Assembly (NCBI GenBank): GCA_902541175.1 | Contig: CACBPP010000003.1 | Coordinates: 86,873-150,872, forward strand | Length of the DNA stretch: 64,000 nucleotides | Source: an uncultured SAR86 cluster bacterium | Lineage (GTDB): Bacteria > Pseudomonadota > Gammaproteobacteria > Magnimaribacterales > D2472 | Direction of reading: 5' to 3' | Shown here: piece after piece, positions 41,785 through 54,011 of the stretch | Layout of the letters: the number at the start of each line of letters is the position of its first letter | Numbering within the stretch: the stretch's first letter is position 1 | Position numbers and translations under genes: made by a program | Notes under the pieces: generated by a model | The model's database searches: none | What the model was told of the DNA's origin: nothing | The model's input: the letters and a program-made list of their open reading frames with translations, nothing else

Positions 41785-44601
41785 ATGACAATATCTATGA
41801 AGGAGCTTTGGGGGAGCTCACACGTCTCGGCAGGACATGCAGCCTATCTTGAAAGTCTCTATGAAACTTTCATAAACGATCCTGAAAATTTATCAAAAGA
41901 GTGGCTTGATTTTTTTACAAATCTTCCAAAGAACTCAAACTCTAATGGAGAAATATCTCATCAAGAAATAATCAAAGAATTTAGAAACTTTTCAAGAAGT
42001 AAGGTCAAGGTATCTGACAATATTAAAAAAACAATAGATGAAAGACAGGGTAAGGTTATTAGACTTATTCAATCATATAGAAATAGGGGGCATTTAAAAG
42101 CAACTCTTGATCCTCTTGGAATGATGGAGAGAAGGGTAATAGAAGATCTTAGTATTGAGTTTCATGGACTATCGCATGATGATTTGGATGAAGAGTTTTA
42201 CACCGATACTTTTACAGATTCAAACAAATTAACTTTAAGAGAGATTTTACTTAGGCTTGAAGAAGTTTACTGTGGAAATATTGGAATTGAGTGTAATCAT
42301 ATTCTCGATTCAGAAGAAAGAAGATGGTTTCAAAAGAAATTTGAGTCGAAACTAACTGAATACAGTTTCAATCCTGATGAAAAACTCAATATTTATGAAA
42401 GACTTAATTCTGCTGAGGGTCTTGCAAAATACCTGTCTGCAAAATATCCAGGAATGAAACGTTTTGGAATTGATGGCGCTGAAGCATTAGTACCCTTGGT
42501 TGAGAGTGTTATTCAAAACTGTGGATCAATGGGAGCTACACAATTATGTTTTGGAATGGCACATAGAGGAAGATTAAACCTTTTAGTTAATGTACTAGGT
42601 AAACTTCCATCAGAACTATTCTCTGCTTTTGATGAAGATACTGAGTTAGAGGGCGCTTCTACAGGAGATGTTAAGTATCACTTGGGCTTCTCATCAAACT
42701 TTGAAACACCTGGTGGTGAAGTACATGTTTCACTCTTTAATAACCCATCTCATTTAGAAATTGTAGATCCTGTCGTAATTGGCTCTGTGAGAGCTAGACA
42801 AGATCGAATTGGAGATAAAGATAGATCACAAGTTGTGCCAATTCTTCTTCACGGAGACGCTTCTTTTTCTGGACAAGGAGTTGTTATGGAATCACTTCAA
42901 ATGTCTCAAACAAGGGGATTCAATGTTGGAGGAACGATTCATATTATTGTAAACAATCAAATTGGTTTCACTACAAGCAATATCAATGACTCAAGATCAA
43001 CAGATTATTCATCTGATGTAGCAAAGATTATTCAAGCCCCTGTAATTCATGTGAACGGTGATGATCCGGAGATGGTTGTAAATGCAGCAAAAATTGCTTG
43101 TAAGTATAGAAACAAATTTAAAAAAGATATCGTTATTGATTTATTTTGTTACAGAAGAAGAGGACATAACGAAGCTGATGATCCTTCGGCTACTCAACCC
43201 TTGATGTATAACAAAATTTCAAAACATCCATCTGTTTTAAATCAGTATGAAACAAATTTAATAGATAATGGAATATTAACATCTGATGAAGCAAAAAAAA
43301 TTAAAAGTGAATATAGAAAATCTCTTGAAGGTGGAGAAAGTGTTGCAAAAAATTTAGCAAAAAATCCAAATGATCAACTTTGGTTTGATTGGGAGCCATA
43401 TATGGACGTTAAGTGGTGGCCCAAAGTTGATACCAAGTTTAATAAAGACAAGTTTATGAAGCTTGGGAAAGCTGCTTGTATGGTACCAAAATCATTTAAT
43501 CTTGGCTCACAAGCTAAAAAAATCTTTGATGATAGATTGAGAATGAATAATGGAGAAATTCCTATAAATTGGGGATATGCTGAAACAATGGCATATGCAA
43601 CTCTTCTAGATGAAGGTTATCCGATAAGATTAACCGGCCAAGATGTCAGAAGAGGAACTTTTTCACATAGACACGCTTGTGTTTTTGATTCTAAGAATGG
43701 AATGGGTTACATACCTTTATCGGATATAGCTGAAAAAAATAAATCTAAGTTTGATATATATGATTCATTGCTATCTGAGGAAGCTGTTTTGGCATTTGAA
43801 TATGGTTATTCTGCTACTTGGCCAAGTGGTCTTGCTATTTGGGAGGCTCAGTTTGGAGATTTTGCAAATGGAGCTCAAGTTGTAATTGATCAGTTCATAG
43901 TTTCTGCACAACATAAATGGGAAAGATTATCCGGTCTTGTAATGCTTTTGCCTCATGGATTCGAAGGTCAGGGTCCTGAGCATAGCAGCGCAAGAATTGA
44001 AAGATTTTTGCAATTATGCGCATCTGAAAATATACAAGTTTGTGTTCCAAGTTCTCCAAAACAAATTTTTCATCTTTTGAGACGACAAGCAATAAGAAAA
44101 ATGAGAACTCCACTAGTTGTAATATCACCAAAAAGCCTACTCAGAAATCCTATGGCTGTTTCTAACTTAGACGAATTAACAAACGGAAGTTTTGATTGTG
44201 TAATTGATGATGATATAAAAAAACCTGAGGCGGTAAAACGCTTAATTCTTTGTTCAGGTAAAGTTTTTTACGATCTTATTGAAAAGAAAAAAGAAGAAAA
44301 TCGCGAAGATATTGCTGTTGTAAGAATAGAACAATTGTATCCATTTCCTTATGATGACCTTGAAGAAATCCTTACAAAGTATCAAAATGTACAAGAATTT
44401 ATATGGTGTCAAGAGGAGCCTTTAAATCAAGGTGCGTGGTTTAGCCATAGACACAGAATTCAAAGAGTTTTAGATAGGCTAGGTGATGGTCTTGAGGTTA
44501 GTTTGGTAAGTAGACCAGCAGCAGCAGCACCTGCAGTTGGATTAATGAAGCTTCATCTTCAACAACAAAAGGATTTAATTAATGAGGCAATTGATAAATG
44601 A
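41785..44601 (+). CDS. sucA: 2-oxoglutarate dehydrogenase E1; likely start ATG 41785
   Basis: [39 protein letters not shown]. Confidence 0.97.
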   Translation: MTISMKELWGSSHVSAGHAAYLESLYETFINDPENLSKEWLDFFTNLPKNSNSNGEISHQEIIKEFRNFSRSKVKVSDNIKKTIDERQGKVIRLIQSYRNRGHLKATLDPLGMMERRVIEDLSIEFHGLSHDDLDEEFYTDTFTDSNKLTLREILLRLEEVYCGNIGIECNHILDSEERRWFQKKFESKLTEYSFNPDEKLNIYERLNSAEGLAKYLSAKYPGMKRFGIDGAEALVPLVESVIQNCGSMGATQLCFGMAHRGRLNLLVNVLGKLPSELFSAFDEDTELEGASTGDVKYHLGFSSNFETPGGEVHVSLFNNPSHLEIVDPVVIGSVRARQDRIGDKDRSQVVPILLHGDASFSGQGVVMESLQMSQTRGFNVGGTIHIIVNNQIGFTTSNINDSRSTDYSSDVAKIIQAPVIHVNGDDPEMVVNAAKIACKYRNKFKKDIVIDLFCYRRRGHNEADDPSATQPLMYNKISKHPSVLNQYETNLIDNGILTSDEAKKIKSEYRKSLEGGESVAKNLAKNPNDQLWFDWEPYMDVKWWPKVDTKFNKDKFMKLGKAACMVPKSFNLGSQAKKIFDDRLRMNNGEIPINWGYAETMAYATLLDEGYPIRLTGQDVRRGTFSHRHACVFDSKNGMGYIPLSDIAEKNKSKFDIYDSLLSEEAVLAFEYGYSATWPSGLAIWEAQFGDFANGAQVVIDQFIVSAQHKWERLSGLVMLLPHGFEGQGPEHSSARIERFLQLCASENIQVCVPSSPKQIFHLLRRQAIRKMRTPLVVISPKSLLRNPMAVSNLDELTNGSFDCVIDDDIKKPEAVKRLILCSGKVFYDLIEKKKEENREDIAVVRIEQLYPFPYDDLEEILTKYQNVQEFIWCQEEPLNQGAWFSHRHRIQRVLDRLGDGLEVSLVSRPAAAAPAVGLMKLHLQQQKDLINEAIDK

Positions 44602-45809
44602 GTATTAAAATCAAAGCACCTACTTTTCCAGAGTCTGTTGCTGACGGAACAATTGCTAATTGGGTAAAAAAAGAGGGTGATAATGTCAGTCAAGACGATG
44701 TTATTGCTGAAATAGAAACTGATAAAGTGGTCCTTGAGGTTATTGCGCAGTCCGATGGAACGATTTCTAAAATAATTAAAGATGAAGGTGAAATTGTTCA
44801 AAGTGCCGAAGTTATTGGTGAATTTGATGAATCTGGAGAATCTTCAAAAGCTAAAGAAAAAACCATTGATAATGTTGAAGATAAAAAAGAACCAGAAAAA
44901 AAGACAAAAACAAAGCCTGTTAAGAACAAACAATCTACAAATAAAATTGGTCCAGCTGCTAAAAAAATAATTGCTGAAGAAAATATAGATTCAGATGATA
45001 TAAAACCATCTGGTAAAGGGAATAGAATTACTAAAGCCGACGTAATAAATCATTTAGATACTGAAAATCAAGAAGAAAACATTTTTACTAGCTCCTCTAT
45101 CAATGAAGACAGACCAGAAAAGCGTGTGCCAATGTCAAGACTAAGATCAACTATTGCCAAAAGATTGGTTTCAGTTAAACAAGAAACAGCTATGCTTACT
45201 ACTTTTAATGAGGTTGATATGATGCCTATTAAAGAATTAAGGTCAAAATATGGATCAGAATTTGAGAAAGAACATGGAGTAAAACTTGGTTTTATGGGAT
45301 TTTTTGTTATCGCTGCAGTTCAAGCCTTGAAAAAATTCCCAGTTGTAAATGCATCTATTGACGGTGATGATATTGTTTATCATGGTTTTCAAGATATCGG
45401 TGTGGCAGTCTCTACTGAAAGAGGTCTTGTCGTTCCAGTAATTAAGGACGCAGATACAAAATCACTTCCTGAGATTGAAAAATCGATACTTGAATATTCC
45501 GACAAGGCAAGAAATGGAAAATTATCAATCGATGAAATGCAAGGAGGTACCTTTACCATTTCAAATGGAGGTATATTTGGTTCATTGCTTTCAACGCCTA
45601 TCTTAAATGCACCTCAGACAGCAATATTGGGGATGCATGCAATTCAAGACAGGCCTGTTGCGATAAATGGCGAGGTTGTAATAAGACCAATGATGTATCT
45701 TGCTATGAGTTATGATCATAGATTGCTTGATGGAAAAGAAGCTGTTACGTTTTTGGTATCTATTAAAGAACAGCTCGAATCTCCTGAGAGATTGTTATTA
45801 AATTTATAA
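44598..45809 (+). CDS. sucB: Dihydrolipoamide succinyltransferase E2
   Basis: Lipoyl motif ETDKV; SYDHRLLDG. Confidence 0.97.
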   Translation: MSIKIKAPTFPESVADGTIANWVKKEGDNVSQDDVIAEIETDKVVLEVIAQSDGTISKIIKDEGEIVQSAEVIGEFDESGESSKAKEKTIDNVEDKKEPEKKTKTKPVKNKQSTNKIGPAAKKIIAEENIDSDDIKPSGKGNRITKADVINHLDTENQEENIFTSSSINEDRPEKRVPMSRLRSTIAKRLVSVKQETAMLTTFNEVDMMPIKELRSKYGSEFEKEHGVKLGFMGFFVIAAVQALKKFPVVNASIDGDDIVYHGFQDIGVAVSTERGLVVPVIKDADTKSLPEIEKSILEYSDKARNGKLSIDEMQGGTFTISNGGIFGSLLSTPILNAPQTAILGMHAIQDRPVAINGEVVIRPMMYLAMSYDHRLLDGKEAVTFLVSIKEQLESPERLLLNL

Positions 45810-45821
45810 TATTAAGAAAAT

Positions 45822-47237
45822 ATGTTTGATGTAGTTGTTATTGGTAGCGGTCCAGCGGGATATGTTGCTGCAATTAGAGCCTCTCAGCTAGGCCTCAAAA
45901 CTTTATGTATTGAAGAATTATCAAATGATAAAGGTAAGCCTAACTTTGGTGGAACATGTCTAAATGTAGGATGTATACCCTCAAAATCTTTATTAGATTC
46001 GTCACATAGATATTATGAAGCTAAAAAAAATCTAAGCGATCATGGAATTCAACTTGGAGATGTGAAATTAGATTTAAAAACAATGATGCTGCGAAAGGAT
46101 AACATTGTTTCAAAACTAACTGGCGGAATAGATGGATTATTTTTAACAAATAAAGTTGAAAGTGTTTGTGGCAAAGGAAAAGTAATTTCAAAAAATATTG
46201 TTCAAATTGATAAGGCAGATGGTTCTTCTGAAAAAGTAGACGCTAAGAATATAATTATCGCCACAGGCTCCTCTCCTATAGAAATTCCTGCTGCAAGTTT
46301 TGGTAAGCATATCGTTGATAGTACTGGAGCTTTAGCTTTTGATAGTGTTCCTAAAAGATTGGGTGTTGTTGGTGCAGGAATTATTGGCCTAGAGCTTGGA
46401 AGTGTTTGGTCTAGACTAGGTTCTGAAGTAACTGTAATAGAGGCACTAGAGGACTTTTTGCCCATGACTGATACAGATATCTCTAAAGAATCTCTCAAAG
46501 AATTTAAAAAACAAGGATTAGATATTCAATTAGCTTCAAAGGTTACAAGTACAAAAGAGCTAAAGAATTCAGTAAAAGTTAAATATGAGCATAAAGGAAA
46601 AGAAATCGAGGTTGAATTCGATAAGTTAATAGTTGCTGTAGGTAGAAAGCCAAACTCAGATAAAGTTCTTCCAAAAAATCTAGGTATCAAAATTGAAAAT
46701 GGTTTTATTCAAGTTAATGAATACTGTCAAACTTCCGTAGAAAATATTTGGGCCGTAGGTGATGTTGTTAGGGGTCCAATGCTTGCACATAAAGGTAGTG
46801 AAGAGGGAATTATGGTTGCTGAGAGAATTGCGAATAAACAAGCAGAAGTTAACTATGATTTAGTTCCAAATGTAATCTATTCACATCCTGAAATAGCCTG
46901 GGTTGGAAAAAATGAAAATGAATTGAAATCTAGCGGTATCAAATACAAAGTGGGTAAATTTCCATTTGCTGCTAGCGGTAGAGCCCTTGCGGTAGATCAA
47001 TCAGTTGGTTTTGTTAAAGTGATCTCAGATGAAAAAACAGATTCTATTCTAGGAGTTCATGTTTTTGGTCCAGCAGCAGCAGAAATAGTTCAACAGGCTT
47101 TAATATCAATGGAATTTGGTTCAAGTGCTGAAGATATTGCATTAACTATGTTTAGTCATCCAACAGTTTCAGAAGCTTTTCATGAGGCAGCTTTATCCGT
47201 AAATAATCAGGCAATTCATATAGGAAATAAAAAATAA
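45822..47237 (+). CDS. lpdA: Dihydrolipoamide dehydrogenase
   Basis: [19 protein letters not shown]. Confidence 0.97.
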   Translation: MFDVVVIGSGPAGYVAAIRASQLGLKTLCIEELSNDKGKPNFGGTCLNVGCIPSKSLLDSSHRYYEAKKNLSDHGIQLGDVKLDLKTMMLRKDNIVSKLTGGIDGLFLTNKVESVCGKGKVISKNIVQIDKADGSSEKVDAKNIIIATGSSPIEIPAASFGKHIVDSTGALAFDSVPKRLGVVGAGIIGLELGSVWSRLGSEVTVIEALEDFLPMTDTDISKESLKEFKKQGLDIQLASKVTSTKELKNSVKVKYEHKGKEIEVEFDKLIVAVGRKPNSDKVLPKNLGIKIENGFIQVNEYCQTSVENIWAVGDVVRGPMLAHKGSEEGIMVAERIANKQAEVNYDLVPNVIYSHPEIAWVGKNENELKSSGIKYKVGKFPFAASGRALAVDQSVGFVKVISDEKTDSILGVHVFGPAAAEIVQQALISMEFGSSAEDIALTMFSHPTVSEAFHEAALSVNNQAIHIGNKK

Positions 47238-48397
47238 TGAACCTTCACGAATATCAAGGCAAAGCCTTATTTGCAGAATATAATTTACCTGTTTCAAAGG
47301 GAAAAATTATATATAGTGCTGATGAAGTTACAGATGCATGCAATGAAATAGGTGGCACAAGTTGGGTAGTCAAGGCTCAGGTTCATGCAGGAGGCAGAGG
47401 AAAATCTGGCGGAGTTCAATTAATTAATACTCCTGAGGATGGCATAAAATTTGCAGAAAAGTGGCTTGGAAATAACCTTGTAACCTATCAGACTGACGCC
47501 AAGGGACAACCTGTCAATTCAATTCTAATAGAAGAATGCACAAATATTTCTCAAGAACTTTATTTAAGTGCTGTTATTGATAGAGATTCACAAAAAATAG
47601 TTTTTATTGGCTCAAGCGAAGGTGGTGTAAATATTGAAGAAGTCGCAAAAAATATGCCTGAAAAGATTATTTATCAAGGTGTAGTTTATGGCGATAAATC
47701 TTTACCTGATAACGCTTCAAATATTGCAAAAGTTTTAAAATTAAATGATATTCAAACTATTCAATTTATTTCAATGATAGACAATCTTCTAAGATTATTT
47801 GTAGAAAAAGATCTAAGCTTATTAGAAATTAATCCACTCGTAATAACTGATAGCGGAGATCTATTATGTTTGGATGCAAAAGTTAACATAGACTCAAATG
47901 CACTTTTTAGGCAACCTGAATTACTAGAAATGTATGATGAAACTCAAGAAGACCCTCAAGAGGCTGAGGCTGCAAAAAATGATTTAAGTTATGTTTCTCT
48001 AGATGGAAATATAGGCTGTATGGTAAATGGAGCTGGCTTAGCAATGGGGACAATGGACACTATTAAATTTTATGGAGGCAATCCTGCAAATTTTCTGGAT
48101 GTTGGAGGAACTGCAACTCAAGAAAGAGTTGCTAAAGCATTTAAGATAATACTTGAAGATCCAGACGTGAAAGTTGTTTTAGTGAATATATTTGGAGGCA
48201 TTGTAAGATGTGATTTGATTGCTAAAGGAATTATTGCAGCTATCAAAGAAGTTGAAGTAAAAATACCTGTTGTTGTTCGATTAGAGGGTAACAGTGCTGA
48301 TAAAGGTTCAAAAATTCTATCAAAAGCAGATATTAAAATAGATAGTATTAATGACTTAGCTGAAGCAGCCAAGAAAGCAGTGGAACTAGCTAAATGA
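47237..48397 (+). CDS. sucC: Succinyl-CoA synthetase beta subunit
   Basis: [37 protein letters not shown]. Confidence 0.97.
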   Translation: MNLHEYQGKALFAEYNLPVSKGKIIYSADEVTDACNEIGGTSWVVKAQVHAGGRGKSGGVQLINTPEDGIKFAEKWLGNNLVTYQTDAKGQPVNSILIEECTNISQELYLSAVIDRDSQKIVFIGSSEGGVNIEEVAKNMPEKIIYQGVVYGDKSLPDNASNIAKVLKLNDIQTIQFISMIDNLLRLFVEKDLSLLEINPLVITDSGDLLCLDAKVNIDSNALFRQPELLEMYDETQEDPQEAEAAKNDLSYVSLDGNIGCMVNGAGLAMGTMDTIKFYGGNPANFLDVGGTATQERVAKAFKIILEDPDVKVVLVNIFGGIVRCDLIAKGIIAAIKEVEVKIPVVVRLEGNSADKGSKILSKADIKIDSINDLAEAAKKAVELAK

Positions 48398-49266
48398 GTA
48401 TTCTAGTTAATAAAGATACCAAATTGATTGTTCAAGGTTTCACAGGGTCTCAAGGCACCCTTCATTCAGAACAATCTATCGAATATGGAACAAATATTGT
48501 TGGCGGCGTTACACCTGGAAAAGGAGGTATGGAACATTTGGGAAAACCAGTATTTAATTCTGTGGATGAAGCTGTTGAAGAATTAGATCCAAATGCATCA
48601 ATTATTTTTGTCCCTGCAAAATTTTGTAAGGAATCCATAATAGAATCAGCTGAAGCTGGTATTAAATTGATTGTCTGTATTACTGAGGGCATCCCTACAC
48701 TTGACATGCTTGAAGCAAAAAAAAGAATTGATGATTTAGGAGTAAGATTAATTGGACCAAATTGCCCAGGTGTAATTACACCTGGTGAGGCAAAATTAGG
48801 CATTATGCCTGGTAATATTCATAAACCAGGTTCAATAGGTATTATTTCTAGATCTGGAACCCTAACTTACGAGGCTGTAAAGCAAACAACCGATCTTGGT
48901 TTTGGGCAAAGCAGTTGTGTTGGCATTGGTGGCGATCCAATTCCAGGATCATCATTCATAGATATGTTAAAGCTTTTTGAGGATGATGATCAAACTGAAG
49001 CAATTGTTCTTGTTGGAGAGATTGGTGGCAATGCTGAAGAGGCTGCAGCAGAATATATCAAAAATAATGTTACTAAGCCTGTTATTTCATATATTGCTGG
49101 ACAAACTGCGCCTGCTGGTAAACGAATGGGACATGCAGGAGCAATAATCGCTGGAGGAAAAGGTACCGCAAAAGATAAAATCGAAAAATTAAAGGAATGT
49201 GGAGTCCACATTGCAGATAATTTAGTTTCTATAGGTTCTAAAGTGGCAGAGGTTCTTCAACACTAA
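48394..49266 (+). CDS. sucD: Succinyl-CoA synthetase alpha subunit
   Basis: [33 protein letters not shown]. Confidence 0.97.
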   Translation: MSILVNKDTKLIVQGFTGSQGTLHSEQSIEYGTNIVGGVTPGKGGMEHLGKPVFNSVDEAVEELDPNASIIFVPAKFCKESIIESAEAGIKLIVCITEGIPTLDMLEAKKRIDDLGVRLIGPNCPGVITPGEAKLGIMPGNIHKPGSIGIISRSGTLTYEAVKQTTDLGFGQSSCVGIGGDPIPGSSFIDMLKLFEDDDQTEAIVLVGEIGGNAEEAAAEYIKNNVTKPVISYIAGQTAPAGKRMGHAGAIIAGGKGTAKDKIEKLKECGVHIADNLVSIGSKVAEVLQH

Positions 49267-50611
49267 TTCTCTTTATATTAGATTTCATTACCCACCTTAG
49301 TCTAAAAATTGATAAAAAAGAAAAAATCGTTAATCCAATAATCATCCCAAACCACATACCCTTTGCGCCCAAAGGATCACCAAATCCATAATTAGTAAGG
49401 TAATAACCAATCGGCATTGCAAATACCCAATATGAAATTAATAATAAAATCATTGGGATAAAAGTATCTTTATAACCACGTAGACTTCCTAAAGCACCCA
49501 TTTGAATTCCATCAGGTAGCTGAAAGATTGCCGCAAACAAAATCAAGCTAACTGCTAATTCCAATACCGGGAGTTCAGTGGTGTACAAACCAACTATAAA
49601 AGATCCAAATGCAATAATAATGACGCTGTTAATTAGAGCGCCTGAGATGCATAACATTATTGTAGATGTTGCTGCAATCTTTGCTTGAATAGGATTTTTC
49701 TCACCTATCAAATTACCAACCCTGGTTGAAGAGGCTAATCCAATGGCTAAAGGTACCATAAAGAATAGGCTTGCAATATTTATCGCAACAGAATGACTTG
49801 CAACAACTATTTCTCCTAATACACTTAAAATTATTGCAGCTCCAGAGAACATACTTAATTCAATAAAAATACCAAGACCAATAGGTAAACCAAGTTTAAG
49901 GACCTCTTTAGTTGTTGCTATAGAGGGTTTTGAAAACTTTGAGAAGGGTTGAGTTTTTTTATAGTTCTTTGAAAAACTTATATAAATAAAAATTGATATC
50001 ATCATTATGAAAGAAACTATAGTTGTAGCAATACCGCATCCAACACCACCAAGTTTTGGCGCACCAAACCAACCATAGACAAATATTAGATCTAATGGGA
50101 TATTTAAAAGCATTCCAGCAAAGGCAATATAAAAGACTGGTTTGGTATATGTCATACCTTCGCTATAGCATCTTAAACAAGTAAAAATAGTTACAAAAAA
50201 CCAACCGATTGAGACTGCTTTTAAATAATCTATGGTTATTGATGTAATAGAGCTTTTTATGGGTAGTAAATTTATAATTATATCCATATTGAAAAATATG
50301 AATGCCATAAAAAGTCCAAGCCCTGCAGCAACCCATAGAATTTCTCTGAGTTTTTGACCAATTTCTAGAAACTTTTTTGCTCCATATAATTGAGCAACAA
50401 TAGGCGTTACAGCAAAAATTATTCCTGTAAAGAAAAACCATATCGTATTAGAAAAAGCAGTTCCAACTGCAAGTCCTGCAAGATCATTTGCACTAGCTCT
50501 TCCAGCAATAATAGTGTCGGTTGCACCCATTAATGTATATGAGAGTTGTGAACCAAAAATTGGAATACCTATTCTTATTAATTGTTTGAATTCAAAAAAA
50601 TATTTGGCCAT
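49238..50611 (-). CDS. MATE-family efflux transporter (NorM-like)
   Basis: 12 TM helices; DTIIAGR, LNIPLD...[31 protein letters not shown]. Confidence 0.9.
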   Translation of the reverse strand: MAKYFFEFKQLIRIGIPIFGSQLSYTLMGATDTIIAGRASANDLAGLAVGTAFSNTIWFFFTGIIFAVTPIVAQLYGAKKFLEIGQKLREILWVAAGLGLFMAFIFFNMDIIINLLPIKSSITSITIDYLKAVSIGWFFVTIFTCLRCYSEGMTYTKPVFYIAFAGMLLNIPLDLIFVYGWFGAPKLGGVGCGIATTIVSFIMMISIFIYISFSKNYKKTQPFSKFSKPSIATTKEVLKLGLPIGLGIFIELSMFSGAAIILSVLGEIVVASHSVAINIASLFFMVPLAIGLASSTRVGNLIGEKNPIQAKIAATSTIMLCISGALINSVIIIAFGSFIVGLYTTELPVLELAVSLILFAAIFQLPDGIQMGALGSLRGYKDTFIPMILLLISYWVFAMPIGYYLTNYGFGDPLGAKGMWFGMIIGLTIFSFLSIFRLRWVMKSNIKRISVEEPLPL

Positions 50612-50682
50612 ATTTAATTTAAGTTTTTATTATTTTTTTTGCGTACTTTATCATATTAAAATATCAAAATTAGGAGAAAATT

Positions 50683-51402
50683 ATTAGAAAAGATAATCGA
50701 CCATATTGGCTTAAAAAATATACCACTAAGTTAAATAAAATATATGTAAGGCATTTTTTAAAACCTCAATTTAAGCACCTTGGAAAAGGTGGGGCATATT
50801 TTAAACCAAGATATATAAAAGTATTTGGTTATAACGTAAGCATTGATGATTACCCAACAATAATTGGAGCAAGTGATGCGAAAGTTCAACTGACTGCTTG
50901 GAATATTGGCGAACATAAAGGTGAAATATCTATTGGAAAATATTCTCTAATAACTCCTGGAGTAAGAATAATATCAGCTGAAAATATTGAAATAGGTGAT
51001 GCATGTATGATTGCTCATGGAGCTTATATTTCTGATGCTGACTGGCATGGAATATACGATAGAGCTGAACCAGTAGGCAAGACTAAACCAATTAAGTTTG
51101 AAGATAATGTTTGGATCGGTGATAGTGCAATCATATGTAAGGGAGTTACTATTGGAAAAAATAGTATCATAGGAGCGGGGGCTGTTGTAACTAAGGATGT
51201 TCCCGAAAATTGTGTCTTCGCTGGAAATCCTGCAAAACTTGTAAAGAAACTTGATCAAGGAGAATTTAATACAAGAAAAGATTTTTTTAAAGATCCAAAA
51301 AAATTAGCCTATGACTTTGATATGCTTGATAGATATTCGCTACAAAATAATACATTCATAAATTGGCTTAAAAGTATAATTTTTCCTAACAATACTCACT
51401 AA
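50683..51402 (+). CDS. Hexapeptide-repeat (LbH) acyltransferase; frame is open about 108 codons upstream of the tracked ATG, probable ATT start
   Basis: Frame open from TAG 50671 to 51402; AGGAG at 50672-76; motifs DADWH, NVWIG..AIICKGVTIG.NSIIGAGAVV, AGNPA. Confidence 0.75.
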   Translation: MRKDNRPYWLKKYTTKLNKIYVRHFLKPQFKHLGKGGAYFKPRYIKVFGYNVSIDDYPTIIGASDAKVQLTAWNIGEHKGEISIGKYSLITPGVRIISAENIEIGDACMIAHGAYISDADWHGIYDRAEPVGKTKPIKFEDNVWIGDSAIICKGVTIGKNSIIGAGAVVTKDVPENCVFAGNPAKLVKKLDQGEFNTRKDFFKDPKKLAYDFDMLDRYSLQNNTFINWLKSIIFPNNTH

Positions 51403-51510
51403 AATTATCTATAAATCTAAAGATAAGACAATCTAAAAAATTTCACAAAATCTTAACAAATAATTTCTATATCTGTCGCTTAAATTTAACATCGATCTTT
51501 TTTAATATGT

Positions 51511-51533
51511 ATATATCTAAAATTTAGATATAT
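51511..51533. repeat. 23-bp palindrome (candidate operator)
   Basis: ATATATCTAAA-A-TTTAGATATAT: perfect 11-bp arms with a 1-bp spacer. Confidence 0.7.
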
Positions 51534-51560
51534 TAACTTTTTATAGTATTTATACAAATT

Positions 51561-51577
51561 TTGGCATATAAATTGCA
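51561..51577 (+). promoter_or_regulatory. Putative sigma-54 (-24/-12) promoter
   Basis: TTGGCATATAAATTGCA, matching TGGCA...TTGC with GG-N10-GC spacing, 39 bp before the 51616 ORF. Confidence 0.55.
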
Positions 51578-51615
51578 TATTAAAAAATATAAGCATTTTT
51601 ATATTAAATAATAAA

Positions 51616-52008
51616 TTGAATAGTTTACAAAAAAATACCTATATATCTAACGCCAAAAGCGTTATTAAAACAATTTTAAAGCAAACACTCGACAATCCTG
51701 ATAATCCTGATTCTCTAAAATTTTTTCAAGCTGATACCTATAGATTCTATTTTTTAATGAGTTTTATGTGGGAGCATTTAGAAAATAATGAGATGTCTCA
51801 GGAATATGCAATTTCACTTGTCCCAAAAAAATATGCCTCCAGAATAAAGCGTCTCCAAGTTTTAAAGCAAGCAGTTGCATTGGGTTATATTAGCGAGAAA
51901 TCATCTTCAGAAGATAAGAGAAGACGAATCTATGCACCAACAGAACAATTAATCGATGATTTTTTGAACTATACCAATTCTTTATATTCCAATAGATCGA
52001 CTGCTTAA
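51616..52008 (+). CDS. Hypothetical protein, probable MarR-like winged-helix DNA-binding protein
   Basis: Helical core followed by LGYI...SEDKRRRIYAPT, resembling the MarR wing DxR motif. Confidence 0.55.
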   Translation: MNSLQKNTYISNAKSVIKTILKQTLDNPDNPDSLKFFQADTYRFYFLMSFMWEHLENNEMSQEYAISLVPKKYASRIKRLQVLKQAVALGYISEKSSSEDKRRRIYAPTEQLIDDFLNYTNSLYSNRSTA

Positions 52009-52062
52009 AGTCTTTTAAATCTATTTTCTATCCAATTACACTCTTTTTAATTACAATTAGGT

Positions 52063-52458
52063 ATGTCTAACCATACTAAAACAGATAATGACTGGAAAAA
52101 ACTTCTAAGCGATGAGTCATTTAGAGTAACCAGGCAATCTGGCACTGAAAGACCCTTCACTGGTAAGTACTGGAACTTTAACGAAGATGGCATCTATAAA
52201 TGCATCTGTTGTGGAGAAAGTCTCTTTAAGTCAGATACTAAATTTGATGCTGGTTGTGGTTGGCCAAGTTTTTTTATTCCTTTTGATAGTGATTGTATTA
52301 ATGAGTTTGAAGATAAGTCATTTGGAATGACTAGAACTGAAGTAAAGTGTTCTAAATGTGATGCTCACCTTGGTCATGTGTTCAATGATGGACCTCAACC
52401 AACTGGTTTGAGGTATTGTATAAATTCTGCATCTTTAGATTTTGAACAAAATCAATAA
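52063..52458 (+). CDS. msrB: Methionine-R-sulfoxide reductase
   Basis: [39 protein letters not shown]. Confidence 0.97.
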   Translation: MSNHTKTDNDWKKLLSDESFRVTRQSGTERPFTGKYWNFNEDGIYKCICCGESLFKSDTKFDAGCGWPSFFIPFDSDCINEFEDKSFGMTRTEVKCSKCDAHLGHVFNDGPQPTGLRYCINSASLDFEQNQ

Positions 52459-54010
52459 TATAAATAAAGAATCTTCTGGCGGGTTATTCAATAATTTAAG
52501 AAAAGTTGTTTCTGGAACAGGCCTTTCTAGAATATTTGGCTTAATCAGAGATATTTCAACAACAAACTTACTGGGCGCATCAATATTTCATGATATTTTT
52601 GTAATATGTTTAAAGATTCCAAACTTATTTAGAAGATTTTTTGCTGAAGGAGCTTTCAATCAGGCATTTATACCAATATACAGTGATTATGAAAAAGAAA
52701 ATAATTTAGATAGTACTTTTGAGTTTTTAAATTCCCTTGCTGGAATTCTCATAACTACTTTATTTATTTTTACTTTAATCGTATTAATTTTTGCACCAAT
52801 ATTTATTTTTATTTTTGCTCCTGGTTTTTATTTTGATCCTGTAAAAAAAGATTTGGCAATTAATGTTTTGAGAATAATGTTTCCATATCTAGCTTTAATT
52901 TCATTAGTAGCCTTTGCAGGCGGCATTCAAAATACTCATAAGAGATTCTCAATTCCAGCTTACACACCTGTTTTTTTTAATTTATCCTTAATAATTGCTG
53001 CAGTGGCAATTGCGCCAAAGTACGAAATGCCTATTTATGTTCTTGCATGGGGAGTATTGTTAGCAGGTATAGTTCAGCTGCTAATTCAAATTTTACCTTT
53101 ATGGAGAATAAATAGATTGCCAATTCCAAGGCTTAATTTTAATAACACAGGTATAAAAAAGTTTTTTAGATTAATTGTTCCCGCAGTTTTAGCTGGCGGA
53201 ATCATTCAAATTAATTTACTGATAGATACAATTTTTGCATCTTTACTAGAAACAGGAAGCCCAACTTGGCTATATATTTCTGACAGATTAATTCAGTTTC
53301 CAATGGGGATTTTTGCAATTGCAATTGGTACAGTGTTACTGCCAACGCTATCAAAATTTGATCTTAATCATGAAAAGGACAAATTTATTGCAGGAATTCA
53401 AAAGGGCCAAAAATTTGTTTTATATATAGGATTACCATCTTTAATAGGTTTGTTTTTCTGTGCAGAAGACTTGATAAGTACTATTTTTTATAGAGGCGCT
53501 TTTACATCAATGGATGTTATTAATTCATCTTATAGCCTGATGGCATTTTCATTTGGATTGCCCTTTTTTATGCTCATGAAAGTTTTAACTCCAGCATTTT
53601 TTGCAAGAAAGGATACCAAAACACCAATGTACGTAGCTTTAGTATCGTTATTTTTGAATGTTGTATTTAATTATTATCTCGCATTTGTTTTAGATTATGG
53701 ACACGTAGGCATTGCAATTGGTAGTTCTTTAGCAGCTATAATAAGCGTATTAACTCTAGAAATTGTTTTGTACAGAGATGGATTTATTAAATCAACGAGT
53801 GTTGTAAATAAATTTAGTTTAAACGTATTCATTTCAAGCTTATTTTTAATAATTTTTTTATATTTTTATACTTCAGAGATAAATTTTATGCAATTAACCC
53901 AAGTTGAAAGGATATTTTATTTATCGATTGAAGTCTTTGCTTCTGTATTTATTTATTTTTCAATTTCAAGATTAATGCTAAATAAGCCACTAAGATTTTT
54001 ATTTAACTAA
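52442..54010 (+). CDS. murJ: Lipid II flippase
   Basis: [40 protein letters not shown]. Confidence 0.96.
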   Translation: MNKINNINKESSGGLFNNLRKVVSGTGLSRIFGLIRDISTTNLLGASIFHDIFVICLKIPNLFRRFFAEGAFNQAFIPIYSDYEKENNLDSTFEFLNSLAGILITTLFIFTLIVLIFAPIFIFIFAPGFYFDPVKKDLAINVLRIMFPYLALISLVAFAGGIQNTHKRFSIPAYTPVFFNLSLIIAAVAIAPKYEMPIYVLAWGVLLAGIVQLLIQILPLWRINRLPIPRLNFNNTGIKKFFRLIVPAVLAGGIIQINLLIDTIFASLLETGSPTWLYISDRLIQFPMGIFAIAIGTVLLPTLSKFDLNHEKDKFIAGIQKGQKFVLYIGLPSLIGLFFCAEDLISTIFYRGAFTSMDVINSSYSLMAFSFGLPFFMLMKVLTPAFFARKDTKTPMYVALVSLFLNVVFNYYLAFVLDYGHVGIAIGSSLAAIISVLTLEIVLYRDGFIKSTSVVNKFSLNVFISSLFLIIFLYFYTSEINFMQLTQVERIFYLSIEVFASVFIYFSISRLMLNKPLRFLFN

Positions 54011-54011
54011 A

